NCBI RefSeq assembly: GCF_000007145.1
Contig: NC_003902.1
Location: 1,777,436 to 1,809,435 of the forward strand
Length of the DNA: 32,000 nt
Reading direction: 5' to 3'
Source of the DNA: Xanthomonas campestris pv. campestris str. ATCC 33913
GTDB taxonomy: Bacteria; Pseudomonadota; Gammaproteobacteria; Xanthomonadales; Xanthomonadaceae
Below the pieces are notes generated by a model. It worked only from the letters and a program-made list of their open reading frames with translations, made no database searches and was not told the origin of the DNA. Positions 1 to 8,906 of this stretch are shown piece after piece. The position numbers were made by a program, and so were the translations under genes. Position 1 is the stretch's first letter. Each line of letters opens with the position of its first letter.

Positions 1-31
1 TTGCCTAATACGCCGATCTGCGAGGCAAACG

Positions 32-505
32 ATGAGCGCATCTTCCGAATACAGCGGTGGCTGCCAATGCGGTGCGGTGCGCTTTCATGTGCGCGGCGTG
101 TTGGACCACGCATCGATCTGTCACTGCCGCATGTGTCAGAAAGCGTTTGGAGCGTATTACGCGCCGCTGGTGTCGGTGCGTGGCGCCGCGTTCCGCTGGA
201 CCCGCGGTGAGCCCAAGCGCTTCGCGTCGTCGACGCTGGTGCAGCGCGGTTTTTGCGCCGAGTGCGGGACACCGTTGACCTATGAAGCACCCGATGGCGT
301 GGCGATTGCCGCTGGTGCATTCGATACGCCAGAGCGGTTGCCCCCACATATTCAGTACGGGCTGGAGCGCAAGGTGCCGTTCGTCGATACCCTGACGCAG
401 CTGCCGATACGCCCGAGCGAGGATGACGCGGCGGCATTGGCATTCCAGGCCGCGCTCGTATCGCATCAGCATCCGGATCACGACACCGAGCGGTGGCCGG
501 TGTAA
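32..505 (+). CDS. GFA family protein (glutathione-dependent formaldehyde-activating enzyme / CENP-V-like zinc-binding domain)
   Basis: The 157-aa ORF has Cys clusters typical of the GFA fold (GGCQCGAVRF, SICHCRMCQKAFG, FCAECGTPL). GAGG lies 6 nt upstream of the ATG at 32. Confidence 0.8.
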   Translation: MSASSEYSGGCQCGAVRFHVRGVLDHASICHCRMCQKAFGAYYAPLVSVRGAAFRWTRGEPKRFASSTLVQRGFCAECGTPLTYEAPDGVAIAAGAFDTPERLPPHIQYGLERKVPFVDTLTQLPIRPSEDDAAALAFQAALVSHQHPDHDTERWPV

Positions 506-821
506 GCAGCGATCGGGCCTCGCCTTGCAGGTCCTCGCTGTGTTCAATCAGGCTGATGTCGGCGCACTGCGGTTCGTTGCCGACGTCGGCGCGACAAGCG
601 TTCAAGCGCTTGTCCACAGCGGTTCACCTCGCGCGGAAACAGTCCGGTGCACGGCTGCCGTTGCGGCATGCGCGCGGCGGCCAGCGACGCATGACTCCCG
701 GCAGGTGCCGGCGGCGGCGCTGCAATCGTTTACCTGATTTGTCAGGCGATCCGTGCCCCGGCCGTGACGTAGCAGGCCGCAGGCCCTACCATTCCCCCTC
801 ATTTCTTCGTATGCCCGCGCA

Positions 822-1571
822 ATGAGCAAGCAGAACCAGTGGATCGTCGGCGTCAATGCTGTCGCCTCGTCCGTCGAGAACGACGCCGACAACGTGCGCG
901 AGGTCCTGATCGAGGCCGGTAGCAAGAACCCGCGCCTGACCGAGATCGAAGAACAGGCGCGCCGCAAGGGCATCGACGTGCGCCGGGTCAACACCCAGGC
1001 GCTGGACGGCGTGGGCGGCCAGGTACGCCATCAGGGCGTGGCTGCGCGCTACGCCGCGGCGCGGCTCTGGGCAGAGAACGAGCTGGAAGGCCTGGTGGAG
1101 GCTGCACAAGGGCGCGCGCTGGTGCTGATCCTGGACGGCGTGCAGGACCCGCACAACCTGGGGGCCTGCCTGCGTAGCGCCGCTGCTGCCGGCGTCACCG
1201 CGGTGGTGATTCCCAAGGACAAGTCCGCCACGGTCAACGCCACCGTACGCAAGACCTCGGCCGGCGCGGCCGACCGCATCCCGGTGGTGGCGGTGACCAA
1301 CCTGGCGCGCTGCCTGCGTGATCTGCAGAAGCAGGGCGTGTGGCTGTATGGCCTGGCCGGCGAAGCGGAGGCTTCGCTGTACAGCGTGGACCTGCGCGGC
1401 AATGTCGGCCTGGTTCTGGGCGGCGAGGGCGATGGCCTGCGTCGGCTCACCCGCGAGCATTGCGATGGCCTGGTCAAGATCCCGATGCCCGGCGACATCG
1501 AAAGCCTCAATGTCTCGGTGGCCACGGGCGTGACCTTATTCGAGGCCGTGCGCCAGCGCCTGGGCGCCTGA
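822..1571 (+). CDS. rlmB: 23S rRNA (guanosine-2'-O)-methyltransferase RlmB (SpoU/TrmH family)
   Basis: The 249-aa ORF has an N-terminal substrate-binding domain followed by SpoU motifs (LDGVQDPHNLGACLRSA, LVLGGEGDGLR, IPMPGDIESLNVSVA). Confidence 0.9.
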   Translation: MSKQNQWIVGVNAVASSVENDADNVREVLIEAGSKNPRLTEIEEQARRKGIDVRRVNTQALDGVGGQVRHQGVAARYAAARLWAENELEGLVEAAQGRALVLILDGVQDPHNLGACLRSAAAAGVTAVVIPKDKSATVNATVRKTSAGAADRIPVVAVTNLARCLRDLQKQGVWLYGLAGEAEASLYSVDLRGNVGLVLGGEGDGLRRLTREHCDGLVKIPMPGDIESLNVSVATGVTLFEAVRQRLGA

Positions 1572-1818
1572 GTCATGCGGTGCGCCGGCGCCGCAGTGCG
1601 CGGGCCGGGCACTGCCGCAGCGAGTTTATAAGCGCGCAGCGCCCATCGGTGGCATAGCGGCAACACCACACTCCTGCGCAATTGCAGCGCATTGCGCGGT
1701 GCGCTGGCCTCGCCCACGCACCGGCAAGCCCACTACACCAGGCCCTGGCATCGCGGCAGCGGCGCTGGCGCGCGTTTTTGCCTACCATATCCGCAGCGAA
1801 CGGCGTGTCGTGTGGGTG

Positions 1819-4800
1819 ATGAAGCTTGGGGTGGGCGCTCGCAGCGCGGGCGATAGTGGGGATGGCGCAACGGCGTCGACACGAGGGTGGGGGCAGTGGC
1901 AATGCTGGCTCGCGGCCTGCGTGTGCGCGCTGTTGTGGATGTGCTCGCTTGCAGCACACGCGGCCCCGAGCACGAGCGCACGCCTGCGCGACTACGCCAT
2001 CGACAGCTGGAGTTCGCGCAACGGACTGCCGCATAACTCGTTGCGCGACATCGCCCAGACCGCCGATGGCTACCTGTGGTTCGCCACCTGGGAGGGCCTG
2101 GTCCGCTACAACGGGCTGGAATTCACTGTCATCGATCGCAGCACGCGGCCCGGCTTGCCCGACAACGGCGTCGGTGCGCTATACGTGGATCACGACGACG
2201 CCCTGTGGCTGAGTGATGCACGCGGCAATCTGGTGCGCCACGGTGCCGATGGTCACTGGCGGCAGTGGCCGCGCCGTGCTGATTGGCCGCAGGCGCTGAT
2301 CCACGGCATGACCATGGATGCTGATGGCCGGATGTGGCTGCTGTTCGAAGGCCATGGCCTGGGCTGCCTGTGGCCGGATGGGCGCTTCGACTATTTTCCG
2401 CCGCAGGCCGGCGTACCGTTGCAAAGCAGCTTCCCGCGGATGGTCTTCGACGGCCGGGGCCGGCTGCTGATCGGCACCTTGGATGGCCTGATCTACCGCG
2501 AGCCGGATGGCCGCATGCATCGCGCGCCCGCAGCGTTCGGCCTGCCGCCGGGTCTGGCCTGGCCGTATCGGGCACCGGACGGCACGGTGTGGGTAGTGGC
2601 CGGCGAGCAGCTGTATCGCCTGCAGGGCGAACGTGCGCAGCTGGTGCACCACGTGCCGGGGCAGGGCCACTTCACTGCGATGCTGCAGGATCGCCATGGC
2701 GACCTGTGGCTGGGCAGCGAGAGCCAGGGCCTGCTGCGCATCGGCAGCCACGGCGTGGAGCATCTGGAGGCTGGCCGTGCGCTGCCCACCGGGCGCATCG
2801 TCAGCCTGCGCGAGGATGCCGAAGGCAGCATCTGGGTGGGCGCCAACGGTGGGCTGTTCCGCCTGCGCGAAACCTTGTTCAGCAGCTACAGCCAGCGCGA
2901 CGGGCTCAGTGGCGACTACGCGCGCGCGCTGCTGGAAGACCGCGACGGCAGCCTGTGGGTGGCCACCACCGCAGGCCTGGACCGCCTGCTGCCCGACGGC
3001 CGCATCGTGCCGGTGCCGGTGGCCACACCGTCCGGGCGGCGGCTGTCGGTGCTCAGCCTGGCGCTGGATCGGCGCGGCGACCTGTGGGTGGGCACCTACG
3101 CCGATGGCGTGTTTGTGCTGCGCAACGGGCGTGTGCTGCGCCACTTCGGTGAGACCGACGGCATTCCCAACGGGCACATTCGCGCAATCGTGATCGACGA
3201 TGCCGACACCGTCTGGCTGGCGACCCAACGTGGCGTAGTACATCTGGTCGATGGGCGGCGTGCGCCGCTGGCCATCACCGGCCTGCCCGATGGTGTGGTG
3301 ACTGCGCTCGCCAGCATCGATGGTGCACTGTGGATCGGTTCGGTCGATGGCGCGGCCGTGGTCCGTGACGGTGTGCTGCAGCAGCTGCCGCTGGAGCGGC
3401 TGGGCGGTGCGCGCAGCGTGTTCGGATTCCAGCGCGTTGGCGAAGATGTCTGGATTTCCACCGATCGTGGGCTGTACCGGGCACGTCGTGGCGCGCTGGC
3501 ACGCGTGGGGCTGGAGCAGGGCATGCCGGTGGACACCGTGTTCCAGCTGGTCGCCGATCGCCTGGGCAATGCCTGGATCAGCAGCAACCGCGGCGTGCTG
3601 CGAACTGAACTCAACACACTCAATGCAGTGGCCGAGGGGCGCGGCCGGCTCGGCATCGAACGCTACGGCGAAATCGATGGCATGGGCAACGCGCAGGCCA
3701 ATGGCAGCTCTGGCCCGAGCATGATCGAACGTGCCGATGGCAGCGTGTGGGTGGTGACTGCCGGCGGCGTGAGCACCGTGGACCCGGCACGCCTGCAGCG
3801 CTTCCGCGAACGGCCCGCGCCGCCGCCGTTGATCGAAAACGTGCAGCAGGGCGGCCGGCCGGTGCCATGGCGGCAGCAGACCAAGCTGCCGGGCGGGCAG
3901 CGGCTGACGGTGTCTTATGTCGGCATGAGCTTCCTGCTGCCCGAACGTATCGAATACCGCACGCGCCTGGATGGTCTGGACAACACCTGGATCGAGCGCG
4001 GCCGGCAGCGCAGCGTGGAATTCATCGGCCTGCCGCCGGGGCGTTACAGCTTGCGCGTGGCCGCGCGCCACCCGGGCGGTGCCTGGAGCCCGCACGAAGC
4101 GGTCTGGGCGTTCGAGGTGCTGCCGCTGTGGTGGCAACGCCAGGACGTGCGGCTGGCCGGCGCGCTGGGCGCGCTGCTGTTGCTTGCGTTGCTGTATCGC
4201 TTTCTGTTGCGGCGCTACAAGACCCACAACGCGCGGCTGGCCGAACTGGTGCGCAAGCGCACCGAAGACCTGCAGCGGCAGGCGCAACGGCTATTGCAGG
4301 CCAACCAGGAAAAGAGCGAGCTGCTCACGCGTTTGCGCATCAAGTCCGATGCGTTCGAACGCCAGGCCCACGAAGATGCGTTGACCGGCTTGCCGAACCG
4401 GCGGCATTTCGACGAGGCGCTGGCACGTGATTTAAGCCGGGCCCGCCGCAGTGGACGGCCGCTGGTGCTGGCGATTCTGGACATAGATCATTTCAAACGC
4501 ATCAACGACCAGTATTCGCATGCCAGCGGCGATGCGGTGCTGCATGACGTGGGCGTGCTGCTCACGGCGGCGGCGCGTGCCTCGGACCTGCCCGCGCGCC
4601 TGGGTGGTGAGGAATTTGCGCTGCTGCTCAGCGACACCACGCTTGAGCAGGCGCACGCCTTGTGCCTGCGCATCCGCGCGCAGTTTCATGCACGGCACGA
4701 CTGGGGCGGCGTGGAAGGCCTGCAGGTGACCTTCAGTGCGGGACTGGCCGAACTGGGCGAGGAAGAGTCGGGTTCATCGCTGATGCAACGTGCCGACCAT

Positions 4801-4851
4801 GCGCTCTACGAAGCCAAGAGCGCCGGGCGCGACCGGATCTGTATTGGTTAG
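1819..4851 (+). CDS. Sensor diguanylate cyclase: signal peptide, periplasmic two-component-regulator-propeller repeats plus Y_Y_Y domain, one TM helix, coiled coil and a GGDEF domain
   Basis: The ORF frame is open from GTG 1699, but the ATG at 1819 gives MKLGV... followed by a hydrophobic signal (LLWMCSLAAHAAPS). Repeated LWxGT/LWVxT propeller motifs run through the periplasmic part. A TM segment (LAGALGALLLLALLY) follows. The C-terminal GGDEF domain has an intact GGEEF active site and an RxxD I-site (RASD, 5 residues upstream). Confidence 0.85.
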   Translation: MKLGVGARSAGDSGDGATASTRGWGQWQCWLAACVCALLWMCSLAAHAAPSTSARLRDYAIDSWSSRNGLPHNSLRDIAQTADGYLWFATWEGLVRYNGLEFTVIDRSTRPGLPDNGVGALYVDHDDALWLSDARGNLVRHGADGHWRQWPRRADWPQALIHGMTMDADGRMWLLFEGHGLGCLWPDGRFDYFPPQAGVPLQSSFPRMVFDGRGRLLIGTLDGLIYREPDGRMHRAPAAFGLPPGLAWPYRAPDGTVWVVAGEQLYRLQGERAQLVHHVPGQGHFTAMLQDRHGDLWLGSESQGLLRIGSHGVEHLEAGRALPTGRIVSLREDAEGSIWVGANGGLFRLRETLFSSYSQRDGLSGDYARALLEDRDGSLWVATTAGLDRLLPDGRIVPVPVATPSGRRLSVLSLALDRRGDLWVGTYADGVFVLRNGRVLRHFGETDGIPNGHIRAIVIDDADTVWLATQRGVVHLVDGRRAPLAITGLPDGVVTALASIDGALWIGSVDGAAVVRDGVLQQLPLERLGGARSVFGFQRVGEDVWISTDRGLYRARRGALARVGLEQGMPVDTVFQLVADRLGNAWISSNRGVLRTELNTLNAVAEGRGRLGIERYGEIDGMGNAQANGSSGPSMIERADGSVWVVTAGGVSTVDPARLQRFRERPAPPPLIENVQQGGRPVPWRQQTKLPGGQRLTVSYVGMSFLLPERIEYRTRLDGLDNTWIERGRQRSVEFIGLPPGRYSLRVAARHPGGAWSPHEAVWAFEVLPLWWQRQDVRLAGALGALLLLALLYRFLLRRYKTHNARLAELVRKRTEDLQRQAQRLLQANQEKSELLTRLRIKSDAFERQAHEDALTGLPNRRHFDEALARDLSRARRSGRPLVLAILDIDHFKRINDQYSHASGDAVLHDVGVLLTAAARASDLPARLGGEEFALLLSDTTLEQAHALCLRIRAQFHARHDWGGVEGLQVTFSAGLAELGEEESGSSLMQRADHALYEAKSAGRDRICIG

Positions 4852-4854
4852 GAC

Positions 4855-5026
4855 GGGATTGGGGATTGGGGATTCGCAAGAGCGCGCTGTTTGGCGCTGT
4901 GCTGGTTACAAGAAACGGCGCGGGGAATTAATCGCGTTGCATGCAGCACTGCTGCTACCGACGTTGTCTCAGAAGCCGGGAGCCCCGCTCTTACGAGTCC
5001 CTAATCCCGACTGCCCAATCCCCGCC
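4855..5026. repeat. Intergenic inverted heptamer element (GGGATT GGGGATT GGGGATT CGCAAGAGCG arm and complementary CGCTCTTACGAGTCCCTAATCCC...CCCAATCCCC arm)
   Basis: The left arm (4855-4884) starts 3 nt after the TAG of the diguanylate cyclase gene. The right arm (4986-5026) ends 4 nt before the stop of convergent rnt. The arms are imperfect reverse complements separated by about 100 nt. The same repeat family occurs at 16850-16885 and 31033-31223. Confidence 0.8.
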
Positions 5027-5029
5027 CAC

Positions 5030-5680
5030 TCACCCCGCGCTAGCCGGGCCCGGCCACGCGTTGGCAATCTTGCAGAACAGGCGCGCGGTCTGTTCGGTGT
5101 CATACACCGCGCTGTGCGCATCGGCGCTGTTCCAGTCCAGGCCGGCGGCCTGGGCGGCGCGCGCCAGCACGGTCTGGCCGTATGCCACGCCGGCCAGTGT
5201 GACCGTGTCGAACACGCTGAACGGATGGAAAGGGTTGCGCTTGTGGCCAACGCGGGCAACCGCGGCATTGAGGAAATTCAGGTCGAAATGCGCGTTGTGG
5301 CCCACCAGGATCGCGCGCTGGCAGCCGTACTTCTTGACCGCTGCGCGCACCGGCGCGAACACATGGTCCAGCGCGTCCTTTTCCTGCTTGGCGAAACGGA
5401 ACGGATGGTCGAGCACGATGCCGGTGATCTCCAGCGACTTCGGATCGATCTCCAGCCCCGGCGCCGGCACCAGATGCGCACTGGCGGTTTCGCCCGGGAA
5501 GAAATGCCCCTGCGCGTCCATCTCGATCGGCACGCAGGCGATTTCCAGCAACGCGTGCTTGTTCCAGTCGAACCCGCCGGTTTCCACGTCCACCACCACC
5601 GGCAGATAGCCGCGAAAACGCCGCGACATGGGTAGCAGGGAGGGGGAGGGTTGCAGGTCGACCGGTTCGTTCATCGGCAT
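5030..5680 (-). CDS. rnt: Ribonuclease T (DEDDh 3'-5' exoribonuclease)
   Basis: The 216-aa ORF carries RNase T hallmarks: [17 protein letters not shown] (ExoI), [11 protein letters not shown] (ExoII) and [14 protein letters not shown] (ExoIII, DEDDh His). Confidence 0.9.
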   Translation of the reverse strand: MPMNEPVDLQPSPSLLPMSRRFRGYLPVVVDVETGGFDWNKHALLEIACVPIEMDAQGHFFPGETASAHLVPAPGLEIDPKSLEITGIVLDHPFRFAKQEKDALDHVFAPVRAAVKKYGCQRAILVGHNAHFDLNFLNAAVARVGHKRNPFHPFSVFDTVTLAGVAYGQTVLARAAQAAGLDWNSADAHSAVYDTEQTARLFCKIANAWPGPASAG

Positions 5681-5757
5681 AGCCTAGCAGGTCGCATGGC
5701 CGGCCCGATCGGTCGCACAGCCGCCGTCCGTGCGCATGAGAAAGACGGCCAGACACG

Positions 5758-5791
5758 AAAAGGCCCGACCTGTGCTTGCACGGATCGGGCC
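5758..5791 (-). terminator. Rho-independent terminator downstream of the RcnB-like gene
   Basis: On the minus strand a GGCCCGA...TCGGGCC stem (5762-5768 / 5785-5791, with additional inner GTGC/GCAC pairing) is followed directly by TTTT (5758-5761). It lies 29 nt after the stop codon at 5820-5822. Confidence 0.6.
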
Positions 5792-5819
5792 TGCTGACGT
5801 CAGCTGCGGGGCGCAGATA

Positions 5820-6224
5820 TCAGCGGCCGGCGACCACGCTGGCAATCAGGCCGGTCGCAACCGCGATCAACACGTAGGTGTTGTCCACACGGCGCCACTC
5901 GTGGCCACGCGGCGGCGTGTTCAGATGATGCTTGCGGTAGCCGGCCACGCGGTTGCCGCGATGGTCCGGTGCCAGCCGTTCGCCGCGGCGGTAGGGCGGG
6001 CCGTGGCGATTATTGCGGTGGTCGTTGGCGCGCGCATTGCGGTGGTCGTCGCGGTGATCATCGTGGCGGTCGTCGTGACGGTCAGGGCCACGGTCGTCAT
6101 GGCGTTGTGCAGACCGGTTGCGATTGTCGTCGTGGCCGCGGTTGTCGTGCTGCTGAGGTGCGGCAAGCGCGCCGCCAGACGCCAGCAGCGACAGGGCCAT
6201 GAAGGAACCAATGATGCGTTTCAT
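5820..6224 (-). CDS. RcnB-family periplasmic protein with a His/Asp/Arg/Asn-rich low-complexity region
   Basis: I chose the start at ATG 6224 (MKRIIGSFMALSLLASGGALAAP signal peptide) because AGGAG (6233-6237) lies 8 nt upstream. The C-terminus (HHLNTPPRGHEWRRVDNTYVLIAVATGLIASVV) matches the RcnB/YohN-type motif L..PP.G..W.rv....vLia..TG.I. The central 49 residues are 41/49 H, D, R or N. Confidence 0.7.
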   Translation of the reverse strand: MKRIIGSFMALSLLASGGALAAPQQHDNRGHDDNRNRSAQRHDDRGPDRHDDRHDDHRDDHRNARANDHRNNRHGPPYRRGERLAPDHRGNRVAGYRKHHLNTPPRGHEWRRVDNTYVLIAVATGLIASVVAGR

Positions 6225-6358
6225 CTGCGCGACTCCTGAGGTCACGGGGACTGCCTGTGTGATTTCACCCTAGGAGTCTAAAGATGAATACGTAATTAAA
6301 TGAGGCTTTGCGGGCGATCTCCCGGTCATCCGCAGCGCCGCTAGGGCAGGCGCTGGCC

Positions 6359-7069
6359 TCAGATGACGCCGGTAGTGCTGGTCTCGTCGCGCTTCAGTCG
6401 CGGCGGCAGCGGCTGCTCGCCATGCACCAGGAACCAGACGTTCTCGGCGATGTTGGTGGCGTGGTCGCCGATCCGTTCCAGGTTCTTGGCCATGAACAGC
6501 AGATGCGTGCACGGGGTGATATTGCGCGGGTCTTCCATCATGTAGGTGAGCAACTCGCGGAACAACGCGGTGTACTGCGCGTCCAGGCGTGCATCTTCGT
6601 CGCGCACACGGATGGCCGCCTCGGCGTCCTTGTTGCGGTAGGCCTGTACGGCTTCGCGTACCGCATCGGCCGCCATCTGGCCGAGTGCACGCAAGCCCAC
6701 CGTCTGCGGCAGCGGCGGCGCGGAATTGAGTGCGATCGAGCGCTTGGCCACGTTGGCGGCGTAATCGCCGATGCGCTCGATATCTGCAGGAATCCGCAGG
6801 CCGGCCAGGATCTCGCGCAGGTCGCGCGCCATCGGCCCGCGCAATGCCAGCCGCATCACGTCGTGGCTGATCGCATGTTCCAGCGCGTCGATGGCTTCGT
6901 CGTTGACCACGATACGGTGCGCGGCATTGTCATCACGGCGTTCCACCACATCCAGCGCCGCTTCCAGCTGCGCCACTGCGGTATCACCCATGCGCACGAT
7001 TTCGGCGACAAGACGGTGCTGCTCCTCGTCGTAGCTTTTGACGATGTGGTCGTTGAGGTGCTGGTTCAT
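6359..7069 (-). CDS. phoU: Phosphate signalling complex protein PhoU
   Basis: The 236-aa ORF has two PhoU repeats with conserved E/DxxxD metal-binding motifs (ADIERIGDYAANVAK, KNLERIGDHATNIAE). It lies directly downstream of pstB. Confidence 0.95.
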   Translation of the reverse strand: MNQHLNDHIVKSYDEEQHRLVAEIVRMGDTAVAQLEAALDVVERRDDNAAHRIVVNDEAIDALEHAISHDVMRLALRGPMARDLREILAGLRIPADIERIGDYAANVAKRSIALNSAPPLPQTVGLRALGQMAADAVREAVQAYRNKDAEAAIRVRDEDARLDAQYTALFRELLTYMMEDPRNITPCTHLLFMAKNLERIGDHATNIAENVWFLVHGEQPLPPRLKRDETSTTGVI

Positions 7070-7189
7070 CGTGTTCTCGATTCGTGGCAGTGGTGGATGT
7101 CCGTCCCTGCCCAGGCATGCGCATGCAGGTGGCGTCGCACGCGGCGGGGTGGCGGAGCTGCTTCAATGCGGTGATACGGCAGGCCTACA

Positions 7190-8020
7190 TCAGCCGAAGC
7201 GGCCGGTGATGTAGTCCTCGGTCTGCTGCTTGGACGGCTGCGAGAAAATGGTTTCGGTGCGATCGTGTTCGATCAGGTCGCCCAGATACATGAAGGCGGT
7301 GTAATCGGACACGCGCGCGGCCTGCTGCATGTTGTGGGTCACGATCACGATGGTGTAATCGCGCTTGAGTTCTTCCACCAGCTGCTCGATACGGCTGGTG
7401 GAAATCGGATCCAGCGCGGAGGTCGGTTCGTCCAGCAATAGCACGTCCGGCCGCAGCGCCACCGCACGCGCGATACACAGGCGCTGCTGCTGGCCACCGG
7501 ACAGACCCAGTGCGCTTTGGCCAAGCTTGTCCTTGACCTCGTCCCATAGCGCGCCCTGGCGCAGCGCGTGCTCGACGCGGTTCTGCATGTCGGCCTTGGA
7601 CAGTTTCTCGTGGTGACGGATGCCGTAGGCCACGTTCTCGAAGATGGTCATCGGAAATGGCACCGGCTTCTGGAACACCATGCCGACCTTGCTGCGCAGG
7701 CGGTTCATCGGATATTTCGGCGAGAGGATATTTTCGCCATCCAGCAGCACTTCGCCACGCGCTTCCAGCTTCGGGTACAGCGCATAGATGCGGTTGAAGA
7801 TGCGCAGCAGCGTGGACTTGCCGCAACCGGATGGCCCGATCAGCGCGGTGACGCGCTTTTCCGGGATTTCGATATTGATGCCCTTGAGCGCGTGGTACTT
7901 GTCGTAATAGAAGTCCAGATTGCGTGCGGCCACCTTCACCGGCGCCTGCGCCGTCGGCGCCCCCTTGGCGGCCGGAACAGCGATGCGATGCATCGGCTTG
8001 GCGTTTTGGAGATCGTTCAT
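7190..8020 (-). CDS. pstB: Phosphate ABC transporter ATP-binding protein PstB
   Basis: Walker [10 protein letters not shown], signature [14 protein letters not shown] and Walker [12 protein letters not shown] are present, along with the PstB-typical [11 protein letters not shown]. The start is ambiguous: ATG 8020 is chosen, and alternatives are ATG 8050 (8-nt overlap with pstA) and ATG 7993. None has a clear SD. Confidence 0.92.
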   Translation of the reverse strand: MNDLQNAKPMHRIAVPAAKGAPTAQAPVKVAARNLDFYYDKYHALKGINIEIPEKRVTALIGPSGCGKSTLLRIFNRIYALYPKLEARGEVLLDGENILSPKYPMNRLRSKVGMVFQKPVPFPMTIFENVAYGIRHHEKLSKADMQNRVEHALRQGALWDEVKDKLGQSALGLSGGQQQRLCIARAVALRPDVLLLDEPTSALDPISTSRIEQLVEELKRDYTIVIVTHNMQQAARVSDYTAFMYLGDLIEHDRTETIFSQPSKQQTEDYITGRFG

Positions 8021-8042
8021 GTCGGGCGTCCGGAAAGAAAGG

Positions 8043-8906
8043 TCAGTCATTGGAAATCTTGTTACGCAACAGCAGCGCACGTGCGCCCAGGCTCACCAAC
8101 AAGACGAACACGGTCAGTACCAGTGCACCCGACCAGGCCAGGGTCTGCCACGACTCATACGGGCTGCCGGCAAACTGGTTCATGATTACTGGCACGCTGG
8201 CCATCGGCTGGAAGATGTTGCTGTTCCAGTACTGGTTGCCGAAGGCGGTGAACAGCAGTGGTGCGGTTTCGCCGCTGATGCGCGCCAGCGCCAGCAGCAC
8301 GCCGGTGACGATGCCGGCAGACGCGCTGCGATACAGCACCTGCACGGTCACCTTCCAATGCGGAATGCCCAGCGACAGCGCCGCTTCGCGCATTTGCGAA
8401 GGCACCAGGCGCAGCATTTCGTCGGTGGTGCGCACCACCACCGGCAGCACGATGAAGGCCAGCGACAGCGCACCGGCGAACGCGGAGAAGCGCCCGCCGG
8501 TCTGCATCACGTACAGCGTGTACACGAACAGGCCCAGCACAATGGACGGTGCCGACAACAGGATGTCGTTGACGAAGCGCACCACCACGCCGGTCTTGCG
8601 CGCATTGCCGTATTCGGCCAGCCAGGTACCGGCCGCCACGCCCAGCGGCGTGCCGATCGCGATTGCCAGGCCACACATCACCGCGCTGCCGAAGAAGGCA
8701 TTGAGCAAGCCGCCTTCCTGCATCGGCGGCGGGGTCATCTTGGTAAACAGGTTGACGTCGATGCCGGGCACGCCCTTGGACAGCAACGTCCACAGGATCC
8801 AGCCGAGGAAGAACAGGCCGAACAACGCCGTGACGCAGGACAGCAGCAGCGCCACCACATTGGTGATGCGGCGCCGCGTGTAGAGGTGTTGCGAGACCGA
8901 CGACAT
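8043..8906 (-). CDS. pstA: Phosphate ABC transporter permease PstA
   Basis: The 287-aa polytopic membrane protein has an EAA-loop-like region ([13 protein letters not shown]). Its ATG shares one nucleotide with the pstC stop codon (TGATG). Confidence 0.93.
   Translation of the reverse strand: MSSVSQHLYTRRRITNVVALLLSCVTALFGLFFLGWILWTLLSKGVPGIDVNLFTKMTPPPMQEGGLLNAFFGSAVMCGLAIAIGTPLGVAAGTWLAEYGNARKTGVVVRFVNDILLSAPSIVLGLFVYTLYVMQTGGRFSAFAGALSLAFIVLPVVVRTTDEMLRLVPSQMREAALSLGIPHWKVTVQVLYRSASAGIVTGVLLALARISGETAPLLFTAFGNQYWNSNIFQPMASVPVIMNQFAGSPYESWQTLAWSGALVLTVFVLLVSLGARALLLRNKISND

Noticed and set aside
506-821. 316-bp gap between the GFA gene and rlmB, checked for a small gene or RNA
   Set aside because: All frames give only short or Arg/Cys-rich peptides. 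I saw no convincing terminator, promoter or structured-RNA signature and could not support any call.
2179-4287. 702-aa minus-strand ORF antisense to the diguanylate cyclase gene
   Set aside because: This is a shadow ORF typical of high-GC DNA, where antisense frames are depleted of stop codons. Its composition is dominated by Ala, Arg, Gln, His, Gly and Pro, and it has no motifs. The plus-strand frame carries clear propeller and GGDEF domains.
4855-5026. Calling the inverted-arm elements MITEs or other mobile elements
   Set aside because: I could find no target-site duplication. The spacers of the three copies are not obviously homologous, the arms are degenerate, and there is no transposase in the window. 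I report them as repeats only.
7115-7126. 12-bp palindrome GCATGCGCATGC in the pstB-phoU gap
   Set aside because: It is short, the flanks do not extend the symmetry, and there is no U-tract. It could easily arise by chance in GC-rich sequence.
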